From: Takakia lepidozioides | Taxonomy: Eukaryota; Plantae; Bryophyta | Assembly: GCA_030704615.1 (NCBI GenBank) | Contig: CM060732.1 | Location: forward strand, 620,001 to 684,000 | Length of the DNA stretch: 64,000 nucleotides | Direction of reading: 5' to 3' | Part shown: positions 38,422 to 50,593 of the stretch, piece by piece | Position numbering within the stretch: the first letter of the stretch is position 1 | Layout: each line of letters begins with the position of its first letter | The notes under the pieces: model-generated | What the model was told of the DNA's origin: nothing | Databases searched by the model: none | The model's input: only the letters and a program-made list of their open reading frames with translations | Program-made: the position numbers and the translations under genes

Positions 38422-39137
38422 TCAATGATTTCTGGAATCCCTAAGGAGGAGTTTGTGCAGCTCGTTCACGCTCAACGCCGGTGCATGAATAAAGTCATCA
38501 ATAGTCACGTTCATCCTCAACCTCTTCAGGTAAATGTAATACAGATGCTTGCACGGATAATACTTTGAACCCTTCTTTGCTTCCATCAACGAGAAGTCCG
38601 TACAATTGCAAGTCGGCTCCACTCCAATCGTAATTGTGTATACATCGTCGTGTACAGCCGAGCCGGCCGTTGCCATCCGATAAACACGCCCAAGGCCGGG
38701 TGGAGGTACGTCCACGGAGCTCTGAATAGTGCAAGCCATCCCAAGAGCATTGGCAATCCGAGTCTCATTCAATTTGTTGGGAGGGTGTCTTAGCATCCTG
38801 CAGTGGGTGTCGTAGACATGTGCACCCATTGTCACCCACTGGTGATTTGTAATTCGCTTGATATGGTCGAACATGACCCAACTGTTTGACAAGTCCCCAC
38901 TCGTCATCCTGTCAACCAGTTCGACGCCGCTGCCAGGTCCACACGTGGACATTTTGAATACGAAACAACGATCTGCCTCAGTCCCTTTCCTGGAAACCTA
39001 CTTCCATGAATGTAGTCATATCCACATCGTCGCTTCACCTCCAGAATGGAGTGCATATCCGAGCCACGCCCAATTTTCTGTTTGCATGAGACAATGTGGT
39101 TTCGGACATTCGGTGAACATACGTGGGACACCAAATC
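38422..39137 (-). pseudogene. Copy C transposase C-terminal part (D1 joined to SWIM by an internal deletion)
   Basis: SPNVRNHI...YDYIHGSRFPG...MFDHIK...HVYD is joined at ~38790 to NETRIANAL...CNCTDF...PCKHLY. Confidence 0.85.
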
Positions 39138-39353
39138 CTGCTGAATTTTCGTCTGTCAAGAATGCGCACATAAGATTAGAGATCCTGCTCAACACTTTTT
39201 CTTCTATTGGGGGAGGAGAGACAAATTAGCTCAACAAAACAGTCAGGAGCTTTACCCGAAATATGTAGTCCACCATGGCGCCCATGCTCAGCCTATACCA
39301 GGTTCTGTCTGCCTTTGCCTCCGACTTGCGCAGGAGGTCGGCACTGAGCGAAT

Positions 39354-39707
39354 TGTCAAGTTAAATAAGCACAGTGTGAAAACAACTAGAATAAAGCTAG
39401 TTATTTGTATTTAACACTTGGATTTAGGTCAAGTGTTAAATCAGGTGTCAAGTTTAGTTTGGCACCTGAACCGTCTTATCTTCACGAGAGCGGCAGTCGC
39501 GCAGCTCATCTCTCTCGAGTTGAGCCTGCGCGACCGAGCTCCTTCATCGTCTAGAACTGAGTGTACTTATGATGGGAGGATAGGTTGTTGTGGGGTGGAG
39601 TCCCCATAGCTTGGGGTGCCCTTGGCTCGACTATTATCTGAAAGAGTGATGATGAGATGGATTTCATGTTTCTTGTGTTAAGAGTGTGTTCTTAGCTTTT
39701 CTTATCA
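39354..39707 (+). repeat. Terminal repeat A1 (354 bp, TG...CA)
   Basis: Matches 50681-51034 with about 4 substitutions counted by eye. Confidence 0.95.
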
Positions 39708-39779
39708 CTCGAGAGAGATGAGCGTTATCTAGTGTGCTGGTGCTAAGCTAGATACAATGTTTGTTTTAGCATTATTATA

Positions 39780-41080
39780 ATATATATCTTGGTGCGGGAG
39801 TCCATCTGGCCCTGCTGTTTCCATGGGCTGTGCGCGCAGATTTAGTTGTCGTCTCTGCTCGTGAGTTTGAAAACCAAGAGGTCTGGATTGAGGTCCGCAC
39901 GACAGGCCTGCACTTTGGGATAGGAGTCATATGCGAAGACATAAAGCTGATAGAAAGTGGCGGGCATTTCATCCTCTTTACCGTGGAGGTCTACCTTTAT
40001 GGAAAAGAGACTTCACTCTCTGGACGCTGAATGCTACGTTGAAGTGGGAGAGGGCAGTAGAAACGCCGTGGTTTGTGTCAAGCCACTTTTTAAACGATCA
40101 TAGTAGCTTCAATGTCCTGGCTACCAGGTGTGGTAGCTCTATTTACCTCAAGAACTCTCAATACTCTCGAGTGGCCCAGGTTGATCTTCTTGAGGATGGT
40201 GACGGATGGACTCCTCGCAAAGAGTGCTGGCGATGGGTTCCAGAGCATCCAGCTGCAGTCCCCCTTCGCACAATGTTTCAACCTCTTTGGCTTTGACCTT
40301 TTGACATGAGCAGTTCTCCGCCCTTATTTTTCCTCGCTCAGCAAGGAAATGTCTGGCCTCACCCGAATCGCCATGCACAAAATATGCGGATGGCAATGTG
40401 GGAACCAATCTACTTGATTGCTTTCTACTTTGGGTGTCGGTATGATAGAAGGTGGTAGGATTTGACAGGGCACGGGGAACCCTCTTCCACATGAAAGTGG
40501 CCACGACACCAGCAAACAGGAGGAATGCAACCCATCTTGCTTTAAGCAGAAGTCGCATGCGATAGGTTACTTGTGGGCATCCTGTTTCTTTAGACTGAGG
40601 GAGAGATTCAGAGATAGGAAGAAGGTGCTGCAAACAGAGAGCACTCGAAGCGGCATGTGAAGAGGAGGAAGGCTTCAAAGATGTACAAGCCAACTCAGAT
40701 ACTCTGTCCAACGACCCAAATTGTGATTGAGATAACATTTCTTGAAGAAGAAGCTGCCTCAACTCTCTGCCCAACCGTGCGAGAGGATTAAAGGGAGATA
40801 TAGTTGTAACCTGCGAAAAGAGAAACAATGAAGCATAGGGAGGGACATGCTTGACCAGTGCACGAGACCCATCATCAACCCGCGCAAAATAATGAGCACA
40901 CGCACTGGAGGAAACCCGACTTTTGACGCACTTGCAAGAACCTGCTGAGCCGGGAGGTTGCCAGGACTCGAAAAGACAAGAATATGATACTGGAGATGTA
41001 CTGCGCATGTCAAATCGAGACCAACCATGGCCAGAAGATGAATCATAACGAGTCAATGCCAGACCCAACTCCACCATCCT
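39780..41080 (-). pseudogene. Probable captured, intron-containing gene fragment in the retroelement leader (antisense)
   Basis: ORF 40148-41077 with a TM-like segment (WVAFLLFAGVVATFMW) and GT/AG-like boundaries; absent from the 21460 copy. Confidence 0.35.
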
Positions 41081-43022
41081 GAGCTACTCAAGAGGTTTAT
41101 ATCTCATCTGTAACGCAAATCTTAGCCAGCTGATCGGACCCAGCTCTTCATGCACCGAGCATCCTCTTCACCTTACCACAAGACTCGGCTGACCTACACC
41201 CGCTTGTCCGCTGGGGAGAAAACTCGGTCTTGTATGATTGCATTTCCTGGGGCGATCGTTGGTGGTCACTATCTGGTCTCGTGCGGACTTGGTTTGGAGT
41301 GCCTGGTCGTCAGCGAAGTATTGCTCGTCAGAGATGTGCATGTCGCTGACTTCTTCGTCCCCTTCGATTGGGCTCAACTGAGCAGAGCCTTCGTCTTTGT
41401 TGCTCCCGGAGTCAGCATAGTCGGGGAACGGCCTCAGGAACCCGTAGATAACCAGGGCACAGGTTGTAATGACGAGAACGTTTGGGTGTTAAAATTTTTT
41501 TAAAAAAAAATCTTTTGATCTAATTTAAAGGATTTAGAGCCTAGTTGGTCATAAATTTGTCAAATGAGCTCCGTTTGACTCAGTGTTTGGGGGGATAGCT
41601 GCAGAAAGGGGAAATCTACCTATTTAAACCTGGTTTTTGTTTTTGGGACTCTGCTAGAAATCTATGGAATTTTTAGAGTGTGAGTGTGCCATGAAAGATC
41701 CATAATCCTGTTTCTAGAACCTGTTCTGGTCTACATGAGAGATAAATCTGGGGATGTACTCCTTGTATGGCTGGGGGAAATGAGGACGTAATTGAAGGGC
41801 AGGTCTCTTCTCTTAGCCTGTGCACCCAAGGGGACAAGATTTATGTTTCCCAAGGAACTCAAACTGATTTGAGTGGAGAACAGTTGGACGAGTTGATTGC
41901 ATACTAGGAGTCAGGCATTAGCAGTGGACAACAAACTGCTGTAGTTGGCGTTGAGGGCCTCAATATCGCCTTGGACAGTCAGAACTCTGTTGGAGCCAGC
42001 AGTTCTGCAGCTGTAGGTGAAATACCAAAGTGGGTGAAAGCTAGGCTTCGAACACAACCAAAAACAGCCCCGGGTACCAAGGTGTTCAGCCACAAGGCCG
42101 TGGTGTACTGGAGTAGAGGAGCAGGAGCTACACAAGTTTGTGCAATCAGACAGCGTTGCAGCTGGACACGCTCTGCACAAGGCAACCACGAGCGGGGGTT
42201 CATTAGTAAGGACAAGTTTGTTCTGTTTGAAGGAGATGCAGTCATTCACAATGAGGACACCCGCAACCGTCTCAAAGCTTTCGAGTTGAGAGACTATCGG
42301 ACCCTACCTTTGTTTTCTTTAGTGTTCAGTGAGCGGGAGATAGCAGAGTGTTGCTTTGTCTCTACCTGGCAGAAAGAGGAGGAGGGTTGGTTAGAGTGAG
42401 CTACTGTAGCTTGGGACAAGGTTAGTGGCAGGTTTCTGGACATAGATATACCTCCTACACCTTACCATCATGCAGAGCAAGGCACTTTGAGAGAAATCTG
42501 GCAGTTGATAGCATAGATCAGGATTAGATCTTGCTTGGTCGGGCTTCTATTCTTCCCCTCCATCTCTGTACTATTTTCATTACCTTGTACTTGTACTTGC
42601 CAAAGCCTCGTGGAGGCCAGTCAGTCCGGGGTTTTGGGCTGGGATATTCTGCAGGATCAGCATTGCAGCTGGATTTTGGTGTTGATGTTTTGATTTCTTG
42701 TGTTTGGATCCCCCCCAACACATGCATGCTTGACTGTGCGCCATGTTGGTTTTGTGTGGGCGCTTGCTTTCATAGGGATTAGGCCGGATTTGATCACCGG
42801 TCAATCCTAGAGTATGCTGTCGGTGGTGAGGCTGGAGTGATGACCAGCAAGACCACCAATGTTTCTTCTATGGTGAGGCTGGGTTGATAACCAGCCAACC
42901 ATAGGAGTTCTTGCGGTGGATGCAGGTGCAGGTGCCCTGAGCCATTGGGATATGACCCTTAGACTGCAACATGTGCCCACCCGTGTCACTATTAGATTAA
43001 TACTAGAGCCTTATAGTGTCAC

Positions 43023-45990
43023 GTGGAGGAGGTGCACATTGTGAGTGTCATCACAGAGTTACCCAAGGGTTTTGAGGGGAATACAGCTACAGGCAGTAAC
43101 AGTGAGAGTGGGTTCACAAGACGAGGTATTCGGTTCAGACCACCTTCACCGCCACCCTCAACTACTGTAGAGTCAGACACAGACTCGGAGGCTTCATCAA
43201 CAGGTGTGCAGTTTCATTCGCCATTGTTGTGGGACGACATGGAGGAGATGTATGGAGCTACCAAGGGGCCTCGTAGGTACTCTGGAGCTGTGGGCACAAT
43301 CGAGTTGGATGACTTTATCCAGGAGTTCGATAGCTGGTGTGATTTGCAGCAGATGCGCATTCCACAGCTATTCACGCCATTCATGGCATGGAAGGGACTG
43401 TTCCAGCATTTGGAAGGCCCGCCTATGGACGATTACCACGAGTTCAGGCGAGGACATGAAGCAGAAATTGAGGAGTGGAGGATGTATTGGTCACCTGACT
43501 ACGTCTCCATTACTCGAGGCACGACGCGACCAGTAGCTGCATCAGTACCAATATCTCCCACTGCCAGCACTAGTAGTGGAGCAAGTAGTACCGGTACTTC
43601 TGCAGGTGGTACCAGTTCAAAATGTGCTACTACTCCTCCTGCCACGACTACAACACATGTGCCTAGATTCAACCCGGTGGTGGAGTTCTTCCAGGAGTTG
43701 CGGAGGAACTACCAAGGTGTACGGACAGAGAAGCTGCGAAGTTTGCAAGACTTCCAGCGCAAACCCAGTGAGAGCCTGCGAGAGGCGTACACTCGTATGA
43801 GGCGCTTGATAAGTGTGACCCAAGGGGTTACTGAAGCTCAGATAATCCAGTTTTGGTATGGAATTCTGGACAAGGAGCTCAAGAGAAGGGTGCGAGATGC
43901 AACCCTGTTACAAGCAGCCCAACCCACATTAGCAGATGTGTTTCTGCTGGCTGAGCGGTTGAGCTCAACATGGTGGAGGAGCGAGTTGTTACCATTGGAT
44001 TTGGCAAGGACATGCCTGCACGAGGCGCAGCTGCCAGCCCACAGGCACAAGGGACTGCCCAACAGTGTGGTTAGGGGGGCAAGGTTTCCCAACCCAAGTT
44101 CCATGGAGCTTACAGGGGACCTCAGGTGCAGAGGCCCGTGGCATCTTTTGCAGGCCAACAGCAACCAGGGGTGATATGTTGGACATGTGGAGGACCCCAT
44201 GTCAAAAGAGATTGCCCAGAGAGTGGCAGAAGGCCGGCACAAGTACAGCCTGCACAGTTGCAATGTGGGCATTGTGGCAAGTATGGGCATGGAGATGCCC
44301 AATGTTATGACTTGCATCCTGAGTTGCGCCCAGGCCAGTTCCAAGGGAACAATGGTGGCCGGGGGCAAGGTGGACCAGCCCAGAGAGGACGAGGTGGTCG
44401 GGCACAAGGTGCAGGCCAAGGGCAAGCTCAACATGGCCAAGGACGCGGAGGTCAGGGTGTTGACCAAGGCATGGCCAACCGGCTTCAGCAGCTAGAGCAG
44501 AGGCTCGCTGCCATGGCTACAGCTCAGGCGGTACCGGCTCCCAGGCGGGATGGTCCACCTCCTATTCCTGAGGGAGAAGATATGGGAGGCATGGGATTCA
44601 TGTGCGGAGCAGCACTACCACTAGAGCAGGTGAGTCTGCCGCAGTCGTGACTCGAGGAGCATCACGAGTTCCTGAGCCACGAGGTGCACAGGTGGAATTG
44701 GATCCATAGCGTGGGGAGGCAAGCCGTCAGGCGAGGCTTCCTCAGTCATTTACATTGGCGGAGACAGTGTCGACGCCATCCATGGCACCTAGTTCTCGCC
44801 CGACTGTTACCGTTGCGGAGGTTACTATGCCATTGGGAAGAGCTACACGTGCAGCACTGACACCTGCTACCAAAGCTAGTGCAGCCGGTGTGTTATTGGG
44901 AGCAGCCACCTCTGTGTGTCAAGCCCCACTATTCTCGGCAACCATGATTGCGACGCCGGGGGTAAGACCAGCTGCAGTGTTCAGACTAGCAGCAACACTC
45001 TGTGAGAGTGGGGATGTCACTTCATCTTCTGCGGAGTTAGTGGAAGGTGTAGTGGCAAAGGGATCCTCGGATTTGAGGGTCAAGACTGCCACGGCTGCGC
45101 CCTGGCAAGCTGCAGCTGCCAGGTTGACGGAGCTGCCAGCTAGGCCAGCCTTTGAACGCGCCATGGTGACACCTGGAGTTGTCTTGTTAGACAACCAGGA
45201 TGACATTTTCTCTTTGAGTGGACCGGCAGGCAAGAAGTACCGGCCACTGCGGGTCTTGTTGGACTCGGGAGCTCAGCCACTGATGTTGGGCAGAGCTGCT
45301 ATTGCAGGTTTGGGCCTCATGGAGGCGGATATGGAGCCTTGTCCTTTCCAGATACAGACATCTCTGGGAGGATCAGAGCAGGCTCGGGGCATGACACGGC
45401 ATCAGTTGGCCATTAGACTGCAGCCGGATCATCCTATCAATGGCTCAGTAATGCGAGCCAAGGCCATTGTGACAGACGCGGTCTCTTACGATGTCCTCAT
45501 TGGTGGGGCAGTGTTTATACCCCATGGGCTTCACCCTGGACTTTTGGGAGGAGTCAGCATTCTACAGGCCTGGATGGCAGTCAGGGGATGGTCGTCGTGC
45601 ACAGCTCCCTGTGACATTCATTGGGGGTATTGCGGCTGCCCAACGGGGCAAGATGCCAACACTAGCGCCTTTCACAGCTGCAGTTAGTTGGCCTGGAGAG
45701 TTGCTGGAAGGCAATGCCCATGCAGAGGATGTGCCACCTCCAGCAGAGCAGGATGACATGCATGATATGGCGGAGTTGCCTGCCATGGTTGCTCACACTC
45801 CATTGTGGGGTACGAGCAAGGATTTGCAGCAGGTTGCTGATCGACGGGTGCAACAAGCCTGGGTAGAGGCTTTTGTACCGTCAGGAGAGGAGGAGAGTGG
45901 GTATTGCACCAGGACCACCTCAGTTGTCACCATTGGATACCACACCTATTGTGTGGCAGTATCCGGATGAAGGCATTTGCCTTCTGGACT
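43023..45990 (+). pseudogene. gag (two zinc knuckles) and aspartic protease
   Basis: CWTCGGPHVKRDC, CGHCGKYGHGDAQC, VLLDSGAQPL; frameshifts. Confidence 0.9.
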
Positions 45991-46920
45991 TGTTTGGCGG
46001 GATCAGCACCGGATTGGCTGCTGTGCTACAGGCAGGTGTGCGGGTAAGGCGTTACCTGTATATGGAGAGGGATGAGACTGCACGACGCGTCTCACTGCGC
46101 CATGTTGCTCAGTTGGTACAGCAGTACCCTACTTTGTTGCCAGTGTCTGCAGTTCGTGGATACCAACAAGCCTTGCCAGCAGACATTTCGTTGCTGGGGG
46201 CGCCGGATTTGGAGCAGGTTGGCTCCATTGATCTGGTAGTGGCAGGTTGGCCCTGCCAAGGGCATTCATCAGCCGGGCATGGCAATGGATTGCGAGACTC
46301 GAGGACGGGTCTGTTTTGGGAGATGGTGCGGGTTTTGCGCCACTTGCAGCTTCATCAAGCTGTATCTCCAGCATACATCTTGGAGAATGTGCCACTGATG
46401 GGTGATTCTCGGGCCAGGGTGATGGCCAGTGTGCATCAAGTCCGATCGTGGCTTGGGTCAGCAGTGTTGCTGGATGCAGCTGCAGTGGGGTCACGGGCTC
46501 ATCGTCCACGGCTTTGGTGGACTAACTTGATGCCACCCGCACTGCTCAAGCGTGCATTTGATGGGGTGCAACGGCCAGCACACCTCACCGTGGATGGCAT
46601 TTTGGACACAGGGAGGCAGTCTCAACGTGTGAGACACGATGACCGTTCGCCTTTGGCAGTGGTCAACAGGGTGGGTCAACCACGAGCACATTACCTACAC
46701 TGCTCAGCTTCCCAGGATCCCATGCTTTTCGGGATGGTGGACCTGGCCTCTTGTGGGATGCTCAGTTGCAACAGTTAGTGGAGCCTAATGCCGACGAGCG
46801 AGAGCAGGCTATGGGGTTTTCCACTGGGACCACGGCGGTGCCTTCTCTTTCTGAGGCATCACGTCGTCAGGTGTTGGGGCAAGCAATGGATCTCAATTGC
46901 TTGACCTGGATTATCAGCTT
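45975..46920 (+). pseudogene. DNMT3-like C5 cytosine DNA methyltransferase domain within pol
   Basis: Motifs I LLDLFGGISTG, II YMERD, IV DLVVAGWPCQGHS, VI YILENV, VIII AHRPRLWWTN, IX EREQAMGF, X RRQVLGQAMD; one frameshift near 46690. Confidence 0.92.
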
Positions 46921-47379
46921 GGCTATGGCTGAGCAACGTAGAGTGCGGAGTGCACTTCCCTTGACGGTCTCTCTGCCTACCGAGACGGTACAGGCAGCGA
47001 GTGGGGGCGAGCCGGTGAGGACCACGGGATGTAGACATCCATGGCACACGTGGGAGGTGCTCGAGGTTCAGAGGGAGTTGGCAGCCAAGGCAGCTGTGAT
47101 GGATGAGGTTGGGGATTCTTCTCGGGATGAGAGGTTCTCAATGATGAGATGATGGGGCAGGATGAGGCCTTGTCATTGACTGAGCAGGAAGGGAGTACTG
47201 CTCAAGAGGTTGTAGCATAGCAACCACGGGACGCGTCCTCTACCTCTAAGCCCACTGGACTTAAGGTTGCAGTTACGGAGGACAATTGGGAGCCTGACAT
47301 TGGACCCATTGTCACCGGAGGAGAGAGACGACGTATACGGCGGTTCCTGAGGGCTTACAGGAATTGCTTTGCCTTCAGT

Positions 47380-50040
47380 TTGAAGGACTTGGGAGCACTG
47401 AAGGGTCAAGAGATCCGTATTGAGTTGGCCACTGACACGCCAATCTTTCGGAGACCCTATAGATACAGTGACATGGAGAGGTCTTTGATTCAGATGAGGA
47501 CTCGAGATCTCTGGGAGGCAGGTTTGGTAGAGCTCTCTGGTGGAGAGTATGCTTCAGCCACAGTGATGCCAGCCAAGAAGGATGTCTATGGCAATTGGAC
47601 GGAGAGACGTATGTGCGGTGATTACCGGCCTGTAAATCGTCAGACCAAGTCCGATAGGTATGCCATGCCGACACCAGAGGAGATCTTTGATGCCATTGGG
47701 CATTCCAAGGTCTTTAGCACGTTGGATTTACGATCCGGATATCACCAGTTGCCGATCAAGGAGGCGGATAAGCAAAAGACGACATTCTGGGGGATCAATG
47801 AGCACGGGAAGGATTGCCTATACCAGTGGCGGTTCTTACCATTTGGGCTTAAAAACGCTCCCGCTGAGTTTCAAAGAGTCATGGACATGATTCTAGAAGG
47901 GGTGGAGTTTGCTCGGTGCTACATAGATGACATCATCATCTTTAGTGCTACGGTGGAGGAGCATGAGAGACACCTTCAGGGGGTATTTGAGCGCTTGAGG
48001 GCGCACGGATTGAAGTTACATCCGGGAAAGTGCAAGTTTTTCCACAACCAGATTGAGTATCTGGGTCACATGATATATCCTGGAGGATTGGGGGTACAAC
48101 AGACTAAGGTAGAGTCCATTGCACAGGTTCCACGCCCCACGGATGTGAGCCGAGTTCGAGCTTTCATGGGGTTAGCAAACTATTACAGACGGTTTGTTAA
48201 GGGATTTAGTGCCATTGCAAAGGCTCTAACCAAGCTGACCAAGGTGGACCAGGAGTGGCAGTGGGAAGATGAGCAAGAACAAGCTTTTAAGAGCTCAAGG
48301 CGAGGTTGACCTCGGCGCCCATCTTGAGACGACCTATCAGGGGGCGTCCTTTTCAGCTGCATACAGATTGGAGCATGCTGGGGCTTGGAGCGGTGCTCAC
48401 ACAGGTGGATGATGAGGGAAGAGAGTTCGTAGTGGCTTATGCTAGCCGCTCGAACAATGCTGCAGAGTCTAAGTATAGCTCATATGAGGGAGAATGCTTA
48501 GCTGCAGTGTGGGCCGTGGCACACTTCAGGTGCTATCTATACGGCAATCTCTTCACCCTTGTCACGGATCACCAACCACTCAAGTGGTTGATGGAGTCAG
48601 ACAAGCTTACGGGGAAGCTTGCACGGTGGGCACTCATCCTTCAAGAGTATGACTTTCAGGTGGTGCATCGACCGGGTTTGGTCAATCGCAATGCAGATGG
48701 GTTGAGTCGCAATCCATGCACGAGCCAGCAGGATGACACTGGAGCTCGGTGGCATGGTGAGACGGACGAGGAGATGGTGCCCGGATGGCATGCATCTGCA
48801 TTTCTGTGTATCTTGGCAACGGAAGGCCAGGTTGGACCTGCAACAGGGATGACTGTAGATCAAGTGTCTGAGGACCCTGAGGCCAACAAGGAGCAAGGTG
48901 GCGCAAAAGATATACATGAGGATTCAGTTGTGTTGGACTACCTCCGCACTGGAGACACTGCAGCCACTGTGACTGCCAAGGAGAGGGATCGGATCCTACA
49001 ACGAGCCAAGAGGTTCAAGTGGGAGGGGACACACCTGCTCCGAGTGTGGGAGGATGGTCGAGTGAGGATTGTGCCTCACCCAACACAGCGGGCACGGTTA
49101 GTGCGGCATGCCCATGAGGAGTTGGGGCATTTTGGGGTGCGACGCACTCATAGTCTACTGCAGGGGCAGTATTGGTGGCGTGGTATGCACACAGAGGTGC
49201 AACAATTTGTGGCTAGGTGCATGGTGTGTGACAAGGGTGCGTGCTTCATTCAACGCCCCTACTCCACAATTGCACCCTCTTCCGATCATGGGATTGGGCT
49301 ACAGGTGGAGTCTTGACTTCGCAGGGCCGTTGCCACTGACCATGCGCCACAACAAGTACGTGTTGGTGATGGTGGAGCACTTCTCCAAGTGGATTGAATT
49401 GGTTCCATTGCCTGATAAGGCTAGTGAGGGAGCTGCGTATGCATTCTTGGATTGTGTGCTTAGCCGATTCAGTGCTCCAGCTGAGGTACTCACGGACCAA
49501 AGGAGAGAGTTCTTGGGGGAGTTTCAAGCTTTGTGTGACAAGGCCTTGATAGACCACCGCACCACTTCTCGGGATCATCCTGAGGCCGATGGCTTGGCAG
49601 AGAGAGTTGTTCAGACAGTAAAGAGGGGTTTGCGCAAGTATGGCTTGCAGAAGGGACACCTAGGAGATTGGGACCTTCAGTTACTCTGGTTAGCCATGGG
49701 CTACAGGTTCAGCAAGCAAACATCACTTGCCTCCTTCTCACCATACTTTCTTCTCTTTGGCCAAGAGCCGGATTTGCCTACATCCATTCGCAGAGAAGCT
49801 GCTACAGTTCTTAACCTTGACGATCCGGACGTGTGGGCACGTGCATGTGAGCAATGTGCAGAGTTGTTCAAGAGAGTCATGCCCATGGCTTTCGAGAACC
49901 TTGCCATTGCACAACACCGTGATACGTTGAGGTATGCTACCATACGTGGTGGGGGCTATCGTCCTGGGGTTCGGAGATTGACCCTGGTGACTATGTCTAT
50001 CTGTAGCAAACTGCTCCTACGACCTTGGATGTGACTGCAG
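47380..50040 (+). pseudogene. Reverse transcriptase, RNase H and DDE integrase
   Basis: RMCGDYRPVN, LDLRSGYHQ, LPFGLKNAP, YIDD; HTDWS, YEGECLA, TDHQPL, NADGLSR; HEELGH...CMVC, WSLDFAG, LTDQ, LAERVVQ. Confidence 0.97.
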
Positions 50041-50184
50041 GACGTGTTATTTTGAGGGTTCGAGAGGTCTTGGAGGGTCGGGATGGCATAACTTGGAAGG
50101 ACCATGTGCGTAATTGTGCGCCATGTCACCTTCCGAATGTCGATGGCAGGATAGACCCAAATTTGGCAGTGGTATCTGTAGGTT

Positions 50185-50333
50185 TGAGGTGCATGTTGTG
50201 TGGGTCTGCTAGAGGGGCAGCCACCATGCTGGTGTGTGATCGATGCTCTAGAGGTTGGCATATGGGATGCTTGACTCCACCTCTTGAGATGGTTCCGGAT
50301 GGGGATTGGTTATGTCCACATTGCATTGGATAG
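50185..50333 (+). CDS. PHD finger at the pol C-terminus
   Basis: CMLC...CDRC..GWH..C...P.GDWLCPHC (C4HC3 with the conserved W). Confidence 0.9.
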
Positions 50334-50593
50334 TGGGAGTGGATACAACCATGGAAGGCTAACAAGAAACGCAAGGCCCAGCTACTAGGAGACCTTGAAC
50401 ACACGAGGTCCTGGCTCAAGTTCACAGATTGCAAGACGGCGACTAACGATGGGGCTACTCTTGTACCCGGCCTCTTGGTCTATAGGGTTTGAGTGCAATA
50501 GGGACAGTGATAGAGGACTTAGTATGGCTGTGGCTATTACATCTTGTAGCTATCTGGAGGTAGAGGGACCTATCCACCAGCTAAGGGGGCGAT

